Part shown: in pieces, positions 36,586-50,345 of the stretch | Layout: the number at the start of each line of letters is the position of its first letter | Numbering within the stretch: the stretch's first letter is position 1 | Assembly: GCF_003704095.1 (NCBI RefSeq) | Contig: NW_020844463.1 | Coordinates: 124,001 to 188,000 of the forward strand | Source: Pocillopora damicornis | Lineage: Eukaryota | Reading direction: 5' to 3' | Length of the DNA stretch: 64,000 bases | Position numbers and translations under genes: made by a program | Notes under the pieces: generated by a model | Database searches by the model: none | Told to the model about the DNA's origin: nothing | The model's input: only the letters and a program-made list of their open reading frames with translations

Positions 36586-38519
36586 TACCATCTAAGGATC
36601 TTTCCGCAACAACGGACAAAACTAGAATTCTCCCTAAAAAAAATCAAAGGACAAAATTTTTTCACGAAAAATTTTTGTTTCGTCTATTGCATCCGCGCCA
36701 AAAATTTCAAAGCTGTCAAATTCCGTCAGCGCCTGATCTGTTCATGAGACTGGCCAGCATGACAAATCATTCCGCCTCCAGTTTCCAGGATTTATCCTAA
36801 GTCGTTTTAAAATTTCAAAATTTCCCAAGTTTTTCAAAAAAATATCATTTCTTCTTACAGTTCAATTACAATCGTAAAATCGTAGCTTTAACGTCAATTC
36901 ATCTCCAAGCTTATCACGGTTTTGTCTATTTAGTTGTTATTATTTTCCAGTGTTCACAAGACCTAAGCGCAGTGGAGGTCAAAACTCTTGATCGATTGAA
37001 AACTGATAGCATTAGGATTTATTCAAACATAGCGAGGAAGAATCTGCTTTTGCAGTCAAATGGTATTTTAAAATAGTCATCGATGTACATCACTGACAAG
37101 AAAATATAATACAAGAATATCCAGATTGTTTCGCAGGGCGGTTCTATAGCCTTAATCGTCGCACGGTGTTCCCAGTGTCCAAGGTCGTAGGAGGCTATTT
37201 ATGTGACTGTATACCGCTTTATAATTCTAGCCATACAGTTTCATCCATTAGCCATATCTCTCCCATATCATGCAAGAAACGATAAGCATGTAAAATTAAA
37301 TCGTGACTACCTGTCGGGGGCTGAGCAATTTTCCCAGAATTTCTACTAGAACGTTGTGTGGAACTTCTCGTGAACATTCAAAGTCTGAATAGAACATCAA
37401 ATGTCTGTTAACAAAGCTGTGTTGTTTTTCTAGTCAGTGAATTAACTGAACTTCGGCAAACTGTAAATTCGTAGTGTTATCGCAAGTCTGCCCTTCCTCA
37501 TAGTCAGCAAAATTTGCCAAATTCCTATAAAGAAAACTTCATGAAAATCAAATGCGGATATCCCATGTTCGAATCGACACAACTTTCTGGAGTCGCTCGA
37601 ACTTTCCCAGTAACCATCTGGTACTCCCAAGAAATGTGAAAGAGTCTTTCATTGCCCAAACGCAAGAATTGTAAATTTACGGAAGAATGAGGGCCCCGAG
37701 TTCAGCTCCTCTCAGTGGACCTTAAATCCAATCCAATTATCGATGGTGAAGTAAACCCTTTCTTCTTGGCCTTCTTCAACGAAACAGGCCTTGAAAAACC
37801 ATGTTTTACATCTTACCACCCAAACTGAGATAGAATCGTAAATATTGGAGGATCCATCTCCAAAGCTGATTAAACTGAATGCGCACTCTGATAAACGCTG
37901 CTACAAACTGCCAGAGGTAATTGTTATCCGCTTGACTAAAGCGAATTTTCTTCCTTTGATCGCCGTAAAAGAAAATATAATCTCCAACTGGGTAAACTTC
38001 ATGATTCCAAAGAGCTTTTCTGAAAACCCAAGGAATACATTCACAATGGCTAATCAAAAGAAAAAGCAGAATAGCATACAAAGAAAGTCAGAAATCAAAT
38101 AAAAAAACACCATGTGCAGATCAGCTTTATTTTTTAATATGCAATTCAATAGCTAATGAGGTGGGACGAGTTTACCAAGACCAGTTTCACTACGAAGTCC
38201 CGGATAACTTTCAACACCATAAATAATTTTCCAAATATTCATAGGCGGATAGACCAAGAATAAGACCTTTGGAGATCAAAATTCACATTTTTATTATGGT
38301 AAATTTCCTTTGGTCATTGAACAATAAATACGCTGCTCTTGACTAATGGGGGCACCCATTGAGCAAGCAAAGAAAACGTAAAACCTAGTTGCTGCCAATT
38401 TACAAAATCAAATTTGGGCATGGTTAAGAAATCAGCAAGGTCAGAGTACGATAAATATTTCAACGAAAACCAAAACTCTCCATTTCAAAATGTTATTATG
38501 TACGTTATTTGGCTAGGCA

Positions 38520-38910
38520 TTATGGACCTTATGTAATCCACGACGACGACGGTAATCGGCGATGACATGGCAAAAACAAAATATATATATATATATATAT
38601 ATATTTAGAGGACAGAACAATAGCTCAGCGCGTGCATTTTAAAAATTGCACATTTCTTAGTGGCGGTCTTCTGCAAAACAGCAACGTGAAATCACCAAAA
38701 TTTGCGGGGTCTGAAAACGGAAACCCTAAGGGCAAATTAGTTAAATTTCCATTTGGAACTCAACGCTGCTCACGTACGTTACACTGTGGCGCCCAGAGAG
38801 ACGGTTAACACATTCAGCCTTTCGGGCAATTCTATTAAATTGATATTAATTCATTTCTTAATCGAAGTCTTCCTCAGCCTTGCCGCTCTAACCGCTTAAA
38901 GTCCCTAATT
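38520..38910. mobile_element. MITE-like element containing (TA)n
   Basis: Imperfect inverted termini ttatggacctta ... taaagtccctaa. Confidence 0.45.
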
Positions 38911-39659
38911 CTTGTGAAGACGACGGTAATTACTGCGTTAGGAATTAATCTTATTTAAAAGTCATGACGTGTCACCTAGCCCTAACCTTAAGGGATGGGT
39001 GCCTTACAGAACCAACAGTGGAGGAGGGAGGAGGTTTGCGACTTGCCACTGATTTCAGAAATTATGTTTCATTGCGTTTTTTTTCTCTGAAACGCATGAG
39101 CCCTTGTTTTATTAAATTTTCTCACTCAAAAACGCCTCAGATAACACGTTATTTTCGAAATACAACATACTTAATTATGAAACATAATCATTCAATTTTG
39201 GTAGAAAAAGTACATGAAACAAGTTCAGCTCAGAGGTCGCTCTAGACAAAATTCAAAATGTATCAAAGGGTTTGCAAAACTACAAAGTTGGTCTCGTATT
39301 TTACTCAATACACATTTCTCAGGCTAAACTCCTGAATCCGTATTCACTGAAAATGACTCCGCATTTTCTGCCTCGACACGATTTAAGAAACGTTCGATCA
39401 TCAAACAGTATAATTAAGCTTTCCCAAGTTTACTGAGAACAAAGCTTGTGGTGATAACAACTAGAAAAACTCATCCTATAACAAAACACCGCTTAGCAAT
39501 TAGAAGCAAAGATACTTGCCTTGTAGAAGCATCATTGCTTCACTGTATGAAGTCACAAATACGCAACGCCAAGTCGGAAATGACACTGCTTTCGGTGGCA
39601 CAGACTCAGACGAAAAGAGGTCTACCATCCTACGATGGAGCTCGTAGGCTTAAATCAAG

Positions 39660-40300
39660 AAAGGGTCAGTAAGATCGAAGTTGAGCGGATTTTTATGGAA
39701 GGGTTGATTATCTTCAGGGGCACTGTTCCATCCTCAGCGACTAACAAGCACCGAGGCTCAAAATATATAAAAGCGGTGAGGGAGATCCACCCTTTCATTC
39801 CATTCGCTCCTAACCCAGTCGGTGGCAACTTAAGCTTTCCTCATACTAAGACTTCTAATTGAGACGTACAACAAAGGTATGCGTCGCATATACTGACGAA
39901 ACTAAAGCTGCATCGAGACTCACATCAACTAACGCATTGCCAAAAGGAAAAGGATCTGCACTAGAGGTAAAATTTATAACTCCATTCTCAAAACGATTTT
40001 AAAGCAACATTTCAGAGAAAAATTTCTCCTAACAATCACATCGTAAGCTAAATCTTTTATAACATGACCTTCAAAGGGAAATATTTGAAAATCAATAACA
40101 AATTCGAATAACGTTTTTCCCAAGGTAGTCAATAACGTACCATCCACCGAAGTCACACTTTCTTACTCAGGACTACTTAAATTTGGGTAAGCGCGACTCA
40201 GATATGTTTGCCAAACTTCTGGGTTCACTGCGGTGACAGCCGCTCCTGAATCCGAGAAACTACAAAACTCATGACCATTTTATACCAATCATCATCGAAG
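39660..40300 (-). mobile_element. Degenerate LTR-retrotransposon (Ty3/Gypsy-like) aspartic protease remnant
   Basis: FSDSGAAVTAVNPEVW...*...VTSVDGT...HVIKDLAYDVIVRRNF matches the D[ST]GA and ILGRDFL motifs of retropepsins. Contains stop codons. Confidence 0.65.
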
Positions 40301-42638
40301 AACTACCAGCTTTAAAAGGAAAGCGAACATTTTTATTATTATTATCTAGTTCTTTTCGGGCCTGAAGGCGTGATGTCTGTTGATCGACTGTACTCAAAGT
40401 TGAATTACTTTGACATCCAGATTCTTTCTTAAACACTTTTCTAGAATCATTACTCACGTCAATCAAAAGTAGGACATCAACAGATTCATGACCCTCATTC
40501 ATATCACTAAAGTTCGAACATCGCAGCTGTCTGACATATTGATAAGTCAGCGTTGACCTTTACTGACGCTAATTCATTTGGCAACAACTCACTCAAAATT
40601 CTGGGGTTTCTCTTCTCTTGGGGCCCCAAAAAAATAGACAGAAGATTTATTATCAACAGACGAGACGGAAAAAACTGGAGAACGTAAACTTAAAGACTAC
40701 CTTTCTCCTTAACTTGAAGATGACTGATTCACGAAGCGAACAGCATTCGACAAAATTCCGTCATCAATTTAATAACTATAGCAAAAGAAATAAATGATCA
40801 TAACCAAACTGTGCTTTGTTCTCTATTAATTTAGTGCTATATTATCTTAGCGATGCAGTGATGCAAGCCAAAAAAAAGTAATACAAATAAACAGACATCA
40901 ATGAGTCGAGTTGCCCATCTCCGAAAATATTTTGTTTTGAAGAACTGCACCTCTTCGGTGTAAACAACTCATGGAAGGTTATATTCTAAACTAGAGCAGC
41001 GTAGAAACCTCACGTTAAGATAAAAGAACAGAAATAAACTAAAACAAACAAACAAAGAATAAAAACTAAATCATATTATGTGACAGATGCATGCTCCGGA
41101 AACGTAAACAGGGTTCATTTCTAATATTGAGGTCATTGTGGTCGCTTTTTTTCACAAACATTAAACCTGCTGCTACGATTCAAGAATCGAAGTGGTGCTT
41201 TTCCCTGAGGGTCCGAGGTGGAAATAAAAATAGCACCTCTTATCTCCGCTATGTGTAACAAAGGCTGATAGCGTGATCGATAAAAGGCAGAAGCTGTGGC
41301 GCTCAAGTGAGGCCAGATTCTGTATTCGAATCATTCAATTGCACGGTAATTTGATCAGGGCAAAGAGCACCCAGGTATAATCATATGCAGATCCTAAATG
41401 GATTCCCTCTTTTATATTTTGTCACACCCCTTTATTCTTACGCAAGATTGACTTGTTCTCTTACAAGGAGACTTTTTATGTTATCAGGATCCTTCATATA
41501 CACCTATTTCTTCAAATGTTTCAACATAGCACCTATAAATTAGAAAATGTATGCAATAAAAATATTAGCATCCGGTTTAACTTGAAATCAGGGAAAGTCC
41601 CGCTACAAAGGGTTCAAAGGCCACAGGGAAATATCATGTTTGCTCACCCATATACACTCTCAAACGAGTTCTAGGTTTTAGTTGAATTTTATTTTGTAAC
41701 ATTTTGAACAATTTTTAATGATACCAATTTATGAAATATCCATTTAACTCATGACATCAAAGCTGTCTTAGATTAGATTCAAACATACAGAAGACATCAC
41801 TCTAAGACCAGACGAGGTAAAACCTCTCAAAAGGAGATTAAACTGATAAGAGCGTGGAATATTATCTCAGAAAGAGAGTGATCAATTTTATAATCGTTAG
41901 AATTGGTAAGGGCTATCTACGTCTTTATTTCACTTAGAAATACATGTAAGATGCCATAAGAGAGCCTACATGAGAAAAACAGGCGGTAACAGGCAGAGGG
42001 TGATAACGCTAAACAACTGATCTGAGTCAACCCTGGTGCATTTTTAAATATTACTTACTTAAAGAGGTCAAGGATTAGTCGTTGGTTTTCATGGCCAAAA
42101 TGGGTTAGGATTGCACCTATAACAACATCTAATAAACAAATAAAATAGAAATGAAATTACTATCGACGCCTTTATGAATTTCAAAACATTATAAGCCTGC
42201 GGCTCATCATCAAGATACATCACTCCAGCGAAACGTTGTTGCGGAAGTTAGTCGAAGAGCCTGGGATCCGACATCACATTTGATGAGAAATGCAAAGCGA
42301 GCTCATACGAAGTTTCTAACATTTAATTTGTCTGTGTACTTGCTGATTGCGTCTTGATATTTAAAGCAACATACAGCGTGGTGAGATCGAGTATTTGAGT
42401 CACAAAGGGAAACTTTTATTTGTTGCAACCGTCGACAAGACCGCTCTAAGCGTCTCCTATGACTCCGGTCATAAAGTTGGATATAAGAGACACAGGATAG
42501 AAATAAGAGGAAGGGAGGCTGGGAGGGGGAGCAATGGTTATGATGGAAATCTGGGATGTTCTGCTGATGGGAGTTAGGCCGAACAACATAAGTAAAGACC
42601 CTCTCATGCTCTATATATCTCATTCATTTTTTTTTTTG

Positions 42639-42659
42639 TTTATTTTCAAAGTGAACTGA
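42639..42659 (-). terminator. Candidate polyadenylation signal of paralog C with a conserved upstream 16-mer
   Basis: TCAGTTCACTTTGAAA followed by AATAAA; the same 16-mer precedes AATAAA in D. Confidence 0.5.
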
Positions 42660-43150
42660 GGTTAGAAGTACCCATTTTCATACCAACTAGCCTGTCTCTG
42701 GCTCATAAGTAAATACCTATTATAATTCGCTCAGTTGAGAATTTCACTTCCTCGTACTTATTCGGTCAGTAATTAACTGCGATATAGATATATGTACTAT
42801 GCAACATGTAACTGCACGGACTTATACGATCGGTTGTGTAGACTGACTTGTCTGTTTCACGCTCTTATTTGATTGTTCTAAACATAACATCCTGTCAATT
42901 GTCAATTGCACGCACTTATTCAGTCCGTCCTACCACTTGGTACTAAACATACGTTTGTTATTGCGTAATTGATATTTAAATTGGTAAAACAGACTTTTTT
43001 AGAGCGAGATCATCTCGAACATATGTATATATAAACAGTATCCTTACAACGTAAGTTTACTATTTCATCAAAAGTAATAATCTATTGTTGGTTAGTTTTA
43101 GTTTAACTGCTGCGTTTTCAGTAAGCTTAGTAATTAACTATAAATTTCCT

Positions 43151-46100
43151 TTAACTTGAACGGAAACACCGAGTCAAATATAGATTTATTGCAACCGCTA
43201 TTATCACTCACACTATAATTACTGTGATTTGCGTTACTATTACAAGCAACAAGACATCAGAGACATCAGTGTTTGAGGGTTTTCTGATGTCAGTAAACAG
43301 TCGTGTGCTGCACACCACACTTGCATACTCAAAGTGATAACAATGGTGATAGGTACCATAAGGACAGTCAAGCACATCTTTCTCGCTTCCCTCGCAGTAA
43401 ACATGATCTCTATGGAAAGTACCGGAGCTTCGCCCGTATTGCTCGCCACGCTGCGCGTGTTTTGCACCTTTTATGAAGCCTAACTGATGGCAGACGACAT
43501 TTGCATCCAAGATGTCCCACGTGTGGTCACATATAATTCCCCATTGGCCCCCTACTAAAACTTCAACACGGCCATAGTTGTGTGAACCTCCCGCCAACCG
43601 AAAAATATTGGAACCATGGGTGCACCGCACGCTAACGTCTCGTTTATAAGTGCAGTCGTGTTTTCCCCATTCGTCATGAGTGCATTCGTGGAGATATTTT
43701 TCATCAGGGGAGCAAGGCCGATGCCGACGTGTTTTGCAGACAGCTTGGCTTCAAAGAAGAAGCCGCACAACCTTGTAAGGACGCTACTCATGGCGAAGGA
43801 AGCGGACCTATTTGGCTTGACCACTTGGTTTGTTCAGGAAATTTTCCACCAATGTTTCTGGATCTTGCTATTTATTGCTCTTCCTTTTACTACACAGAAA
43901 TTTGAACTTGGGAACAATTCCTGCAGGGGGTATCGTTTATGGTGATGTATTCCGCTCTGTTTGTTCTCCTATGGCCATTTCACTCGAAATGTGCGTTTTT
44001 CGACAAATCTGATGGCATCTTCAGTGATAGAAAACCGTCTTGTAAAGGCCATCGTTTGACAGTGAGGTCTTAAGCAGGTCTTTGTTGGACTCAAAGGTGT
44101 GCAATAATTGCTATAATCGCTACATATATTACTGTGGCGTTCGGTGCTGTGAAATCAAAGAAAGTTAGGTTCAGAAATAAGGCTTTCGCTGATATGTCAA
44201 CACGTCATAAACCCCACATACCTTGATCATTGTGTAAATAAAAGTTAATAAAGCATAAGTAGCTGGAAGAAAATCAAGGATAAGAGTGTCTCGAATATTT
44301 ACTTCGAGAGCTTCATCAATGAGATCTGTTTGAGATTCATACTTCGACGACAAAGGAAACAAAAAGTGAAACTCTGGTTAGCTTAAAAAAAGCCTGTGAG
44401 TCTAAACGCTAGATCGCAAGAAGGCAAAAGAGGAAAACATTGTAATGCAGGCGTATTAAACAAATGTCAAAGACCTACCTCCACAGGTTATATCGGTTCC
44501 TGCTAAGCCTGGATCACATCTTCATCCATAGGTACCAAGAATATTCTTGCAGGTGGCATTGACATGTCAAGTTGACGCAATCTCTTTGCTCTTGCATTCG
44601 TTCACATCTGTTTTGCATTGAAAAAGAAAAAAAAAGACTTTGCAAACCATTCCTACAGCATATTCATATCTCAAGGACGTAGTCGACTTTGTCCGCCGAT
44701 GTTGCTTTCTGTTGTATTCAAGTCATACATATCAAATACACTCAATCTGACTCGATTCGTCTACGGTAATTGACAAATCGACTCACCGGAAATCGAATCA
44801 TGGGTCTTAGGGGTCGAATCGTCCGATTTAAGTGAAATCGAGTCAATTCGATAACAGTTTAGCCCTCTCTCGTAGTAAGCTGTAGAACATTTGTAAGTGA
44901 CTTCCGGTATGACATTTCTATCTCAAGAGGAACTCTTTTATTCAGATGACCGTAATAAGCTCGATTCGAAGCTTGACTTAAACGAATCGTATCAATTTGG
45001 GTATATTGGACAACCTTCTTCCAAGTGACGAGAGATTAATTTTCTTTCTGACATCAAATGTTGAAATAACCTACCTAGGTGTTGAAAATCGCGACGCACC
45101 ATAGAATAAGTTTTAGATAAAATCTAGATACCTGTACGGTAGTTAATGATTTTATCCAAATTGAATCCTTTGTTACAAATGCATTTGTAGTGGCCAATAA
45201 CATTTACGCAATGAGAATAGGGTGGACAGTGATAATTTTGGTCAGCTCATTCATCATAATCTGCAAAAGAAAACAAAAACAAAATGGTGATTCCGTTTCT
45301 TTTTAAGGTGATGGCAGGCGAAATAAAAATTATGGCAAAACTTAATTTTTCAATGAAGCATAACAGTTACTGCACAATTCCCTCGATGTCCCGTGAGATA
45401 AAAATTAGCTATACTGTACTTCATGTTCTTTAAGGCACTAACCTCTCTTGCAGGTAAATCGGTGACAATCAGTACAGTTTACGTCATTCCATCCGTAATG
45501 ATGATTTTTGAGGAAGCCAAGAGTATGAACACAATCTTCATTGCCATAGTTGTTTGGTTGGCCCTCTGCCCAACGCCTAAATTTGGATTTGCTCTTATCG
45601 CTCCACGCAAAATTCCCTTCAGAGCTGATATCATTGAGCCCCAACCAGGAATGCTCTCCACCATGCAGACTTTGAACAAAAACGTTTTCTTCTTGGTTAC
45701 GTATGCTGGGAAGGTCAGCTTGCTTACGGCGACAAGCTCTATCGCTGTTGTCCCAGTTATCGCATGCAGCCACTTCATTGTAGCAATAGTTATCGAAATA
45801 GTGCCAGTCGTCTTTGCAACTGCTGTCTGTAAGATAAACACGAGTTACGGTCTTTTTTTCTTTTTTGAATTAATTATAGTCATACTCTTACAACTATTTA
45901 GTTCTTAGGTCGTGGAAAGAACGATGAAGGGCTTATTTTCTTAGAGTTTTTTTTCCCTATAAAATGTGAAGAATGATTCTTCAGCTGTAAGTCTAGTGTT
46001 ATCTTTCCTACTCTTTATGTTATCCTTTATTTGCAGGTATACTTATGTAATTTTTTTCCTTCTGAATGTGATGCGTTCCATGTATAATGAGAAACGCTCG

Positions 46101-46277
46101 AGATGTTCAAATATATTGCTAATTGAAGACCTTGCATGCGCTGCAAGTTGTTAAGCTGATAGGATCTGAGATTAGGTTATTCATACCTCCCAGCACCGCA
46201 TATGAAATGTTCAGTGGGTCAAAGCGTTCCGCATACAGTTCTTTAACTCAAATGCGGAATGCCTTTTCTGTGATAGA
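43151..46277 (-). pseudogene. Paralog C: 5'-truncated pseudogene (last H-lectin-like exon, C-type lectin, 2x EGF, CUB stub, broken SRCR1, SRCR2, TM)
   Basis: Exons: 46277-46187 (TGA at 46250-46248), 45826-45443 (intact), 45260-45132 (TGA at 45249-45247), 44607-44479 (TGA at 44569-44567 and 44524-44522), CUB stub from 44146, inversion at 43720-43821, TGA in the TM at 43210-43208. Exons 1-11 not found. Confidence 0.9.
43253..43291 (-). promoter_or_regulatory. Homologous stem-loop (C)
   Basis: Perfect 9-bp stem GACAUCAGA / UCUGAUGUC starting 9 nt after the CGA that aligns with the TGA of B and D. Confidence 0.6.
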
Positions 46278-49200
46278 CTGAAACAAAAATATATTTTTTT
46301 ATGATAGAATTAAGAGCGTGTCCACGAGAGTACCAGGCAGTCGTACTACATGCCATTACACCGATTTCAATGAAACTTTGCCAGTTTAAAGGGTCTACCC
46401 CAAAGCTCAAAAAGACAAACTGGTTTCTGTTTTGGTTTTTTTTCCGGGGGGAGATAGACCACCCCCGGTTTTTCTTGGTTTTCACCGAGGATATCAATTC
46501 AGAATAGGTAAAATGTATGAAGCTCTCACTGCGATGGTACTTAACCAATTACTATGAGGGTTGGCACACATATTTTTACATCCTTAGTTAATATCCGCCG
46601 CAAGTATTGGTCAATTTGAATGACGGCTTGTTAATCAACAGAGGCAAATAAACGACTGTGTTTTTAGACTTTTCGATTCATCCAAATATTTGACAACTTT
46701 GAGATCAAATATCTCCCTTTACCAGAAAGCTACAACAATAATCTTGATTCCTCTTAATAACCCATCATTTCATCTCTGAAAATCATCAAAAAATCTTTGG
46801 GCACTACAGTATATTTGTCTTGGATGCCTTTTAAAATCTGCAACTGTGACAAGTTTCTCTCAACTACACCTGTCACGCAATTCTAGCTGCAGGCGGTCAC
46901 TTGAACAAATAAACCAAAACTTTTTTAGCTCTTTATACAAGATGATTGATGAAGAAAGATAAAAAATGTGTAAAACTATCGAGATTTTTTGTAGGAATGG
47001 AAAATTTCGCGTTTAGAGAGATGCATGTAGGCGAAAAATCTATGGGAAAATCGAAGCGTTTCTCTCTTCTGTCGTTTATTACCTCGAAGATTTGCTAAAA
47101 TCAGGAAATAGGGCTCTTGTACAGAACAAAACATTCATTAGTCTATAATTTGATTGTCTATTATCATTATCGCACAGTTCACAATAAGGAAACTGTAACA
47201 GGAGAGGAGATTTTAAAGTCGCATGTTGCATACTTGTTTAAGTAAAAGCTTTTGTGTGTAACAACTTCGGCTCTTCCAAACCGTGGATGACAGGAAACTC
47301 TGCCCCCCCTAATTTGATAGGAATTCCACGCGGAAATAGTATTCGTAGCCTGTCTGCGTGACCTTTCATGAGAAGTAAAAATTGCCGATCTCTTTTTTTT
47401 CAAGAAGACACTTCTGAAAAGTTCTTAATCCTTCTCTTATCTTATTTGCCAGTTTTTTGACTGCAAATATCATCTGTATTTGCTATTATTTCTGCTGATT
47501 GTCATGGCCTTTCCTGCGTGCACGTGCGAGCCAGTTCATATACAGCACTCTTTCGAGTTTCTTTGCGTGGTGTCGGGCTTAAGTGTGTAGGTCTGGCTCA
47601 AAAGATATCTGCACGCTGCAGCACGGGTTCCAATGTTTTCTCTTTTTTCTTTATTTGTATTTTTATTCTCTTCCTTGCATTATCACACATGTATCTTTTT
47701 TTTATTCCCTCAGCGCGTTCTCTTAGATTTGAAAGTAGGCTATGAAAAGTCAACATTGAGCAGAACTGAAACCTTTTCTATCACTATTTGTTTCAAAGAA
47801 CTCCTGTTTTTCATAACTCTATGTCTCAAGAGAACGTGTTTTTATTTGCTATTTATTTCCATTAGAACATGAAACTAGGTCCTGATAAGTTTTTTGTTTC
47901 GTGACTCCCACAAACTGTGTTTGCGACAACATCAATTGAGAAATCAAAGGCAATTACGCCTGAGAAATTCGCTTTTAGCCTTCTACCCACAGAAGGCAAA
48001 TCCATGTAATGAAGCGTTTTAAAACCTCTGTAAACTAGAGACATTAAGTGATGTTGAAGAGTCAAATATTTACACTAAATCCGTGACCCTCAAACGGATC
48101 ACGTACTCGTACATGTAACGTCCGAAAAATGTCACGCATGTATAACACCGTAGGCGAATTCTATCCACTGGCTGCAATGGTAAAGAGACAACTGCAACTT
48201 ATTTACTATTTGTATATAAGCAAGCTAATTTATCCTACTTGTAAAACTCTTTGATGAAGTCTACTATTGTTAGACGAAACGCGTGGGAGATAATTACAAG
48301 TTTTTACTTTCTCAGTTCGCGCAGTGATGCTCACTAGTTTGTTCCGTCAAAAATGCTTTTAATGGCGAAAACTTGAGCACTTGGTAAAACACCTTGACTT
48401 GGCAGCTCTGGTGATTACAGTTTGCTGAGGTAAGTGAGATGTTAGTCTCCACACAGGAATCTTCCACATGACCTGTAAAGTCGTATGCTATGAGATAACT
48501 TTAGAAAAATTTATTTTTTTGGAGACAAAAATTAATAATTTCCTGTTAGCATGAATGTTTGGGAGAAGTTATGGTGGTAATTGACCCTTTTTTTTTCTAG
48601 GATGCATAGTGTCTGATGATTGCAATGTCTATCATTTAGCTTTAAAAACTTTCAACTTTGTATTAATTGAAACTTTTTACCATATCTATTTCTCTTTACC
48701 TTAAGCCCTAAAAAAGTTGAAACAGGTGAGTCAATAACCTGACTTCCTCTGTTTCGGATTGTGTGATCATATAATTTTGCTGTGTAAGCTGCCACATTGT
48801 AATATGTAATATTATTATTTAACTTGCATTAAACACTCTTGTTCAAGTTTTCTTTAATGCATGGCGTTCCTTACTACCCAACTACTACCCAACTAAACAT
48901 TGATATAAGGAATTACAAGATATGTGAGTTTTAAACGGTGGAAATCTGGAAAAACATGGATCCTCCTTTAATAAAGTCTGAAATTAATGGAGGGCCCTCC
49001 TATTTTAATTCATGTTTTAACCATGACCTGCCTCCACCCCTGTGATGTTCAGAGTACATAGATGAAGAAAACATTTCTTTGTATTTTCGACGCATGAAAG
49101 TTAAAGTAATTGGCGTCCACTTAATGCGCAAAGCAAGAATATAAATGCCTTAGCTTTAAGATTTTAAAAATTAAAATAAGAGAATTGTGCTGACCATATC

Positions 49201-49713
49201 TTACTTTTTATCCTCCTCTGGATATTTATTGAAATAACGTAGTCACTATCAGTCTCATTCACTCTCACTTTCCACTGAGCTTGTGGAAAGATGATAACCT
49301 TAGTATTTTTTTAAATGAAGAAAGGAAAGCCTTCCCCTTTTACCACAGATAGTTCTTTTGGGCATCATCAGTACAAACCTGGTCTAATTTGTACAAGAAG
49401 GTGATTTTTCCAGGAAGGCTAACCTTAAAAATTAGTTGTAAACATTTCTTGAACCTGTCGTTGTATGTTTTGAATGTTTGACTCAATTTTACCGTACTAA
49501 CCTACACTGCATAAATAGAACCTAGTATCAGTTAATATTCATGTAACTAAAACATTTACATGAAATTTTGCAGATGTATGGCACATTTCTTCCTCTGATC
49601 CACCTAACATTTTAATATGTGAAAGGACTGGTATTGGCTATAAACGTTTAGTCAAATTAAAGTTTTGTACATAGCCAATGCATCAGATTTATGCGATAAA
49701 ATATTGTATCCTT

Positions 49714-50345
49714 CTTAAAACTAGTTTATCAGAATAAGAATGAGTTATCAGGCATCAGTGAATGAGATATCATCAGTTATGGCTTCACAATGATAGTTTC
49801 CAAGTTCGAAAAGAGTCATTGCCCACTAAAATCCTCAGTTCCTTTACCCTGACAGCCGAACCTCATCAAACCATTGCCAACAGGAGCGATTAGCAGATTA
49901 ATGATACAGAAAAGAGAGCCTGTTCCCACATACACCCTCCTCAATCCGTGGCAAGTTAGCCAATAAATTGGACATGGCATTTCAAACATGGCACAAACAC
50001 GCCACAAGTTTTCTATTCCCCTGAATAATTATTTTGTAATAGTGTTTATAAGTTGTGGAAAATGGTTGGGTTGAAATGTAATATAAAGACTTGTCAGTAG
50101 ATAGTCAAATGAAAACGTTTTACATATCAATAAAATTTATTGTTGCATTTCATGTTAATATGTTGCAACAACTCCACTTTCCAGTAAATTCAATTATTTT
50201 CAAACATGAGAAAAACCATCTAAAACTTTTCAACCTATTTAATGTAGCCAATAACACATCAACTCAACTTTTAAATTAAAAAGAAAACTTGATTGATGTT
50301 TGGAACCGTAAAAATGAAATCCGGATGTTATCTCAAGTTTTCTTA
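49714..50345. repeat. Dispersed duplication, copy 1 (copy 2 at about 52276-52820)
   Basis: Colinear shared blocks such as ttaaaactagtttatcaga, ccctgacagc, cccacatacaccctcctca and acatcaactcaacttttaaa. Confidence 0.8.

Noticed and set aside
37442-38102. Cluster of short ORFs between B and C
   Set aside because: No motif or similarity that I can support; probably decayed repeat sequence.
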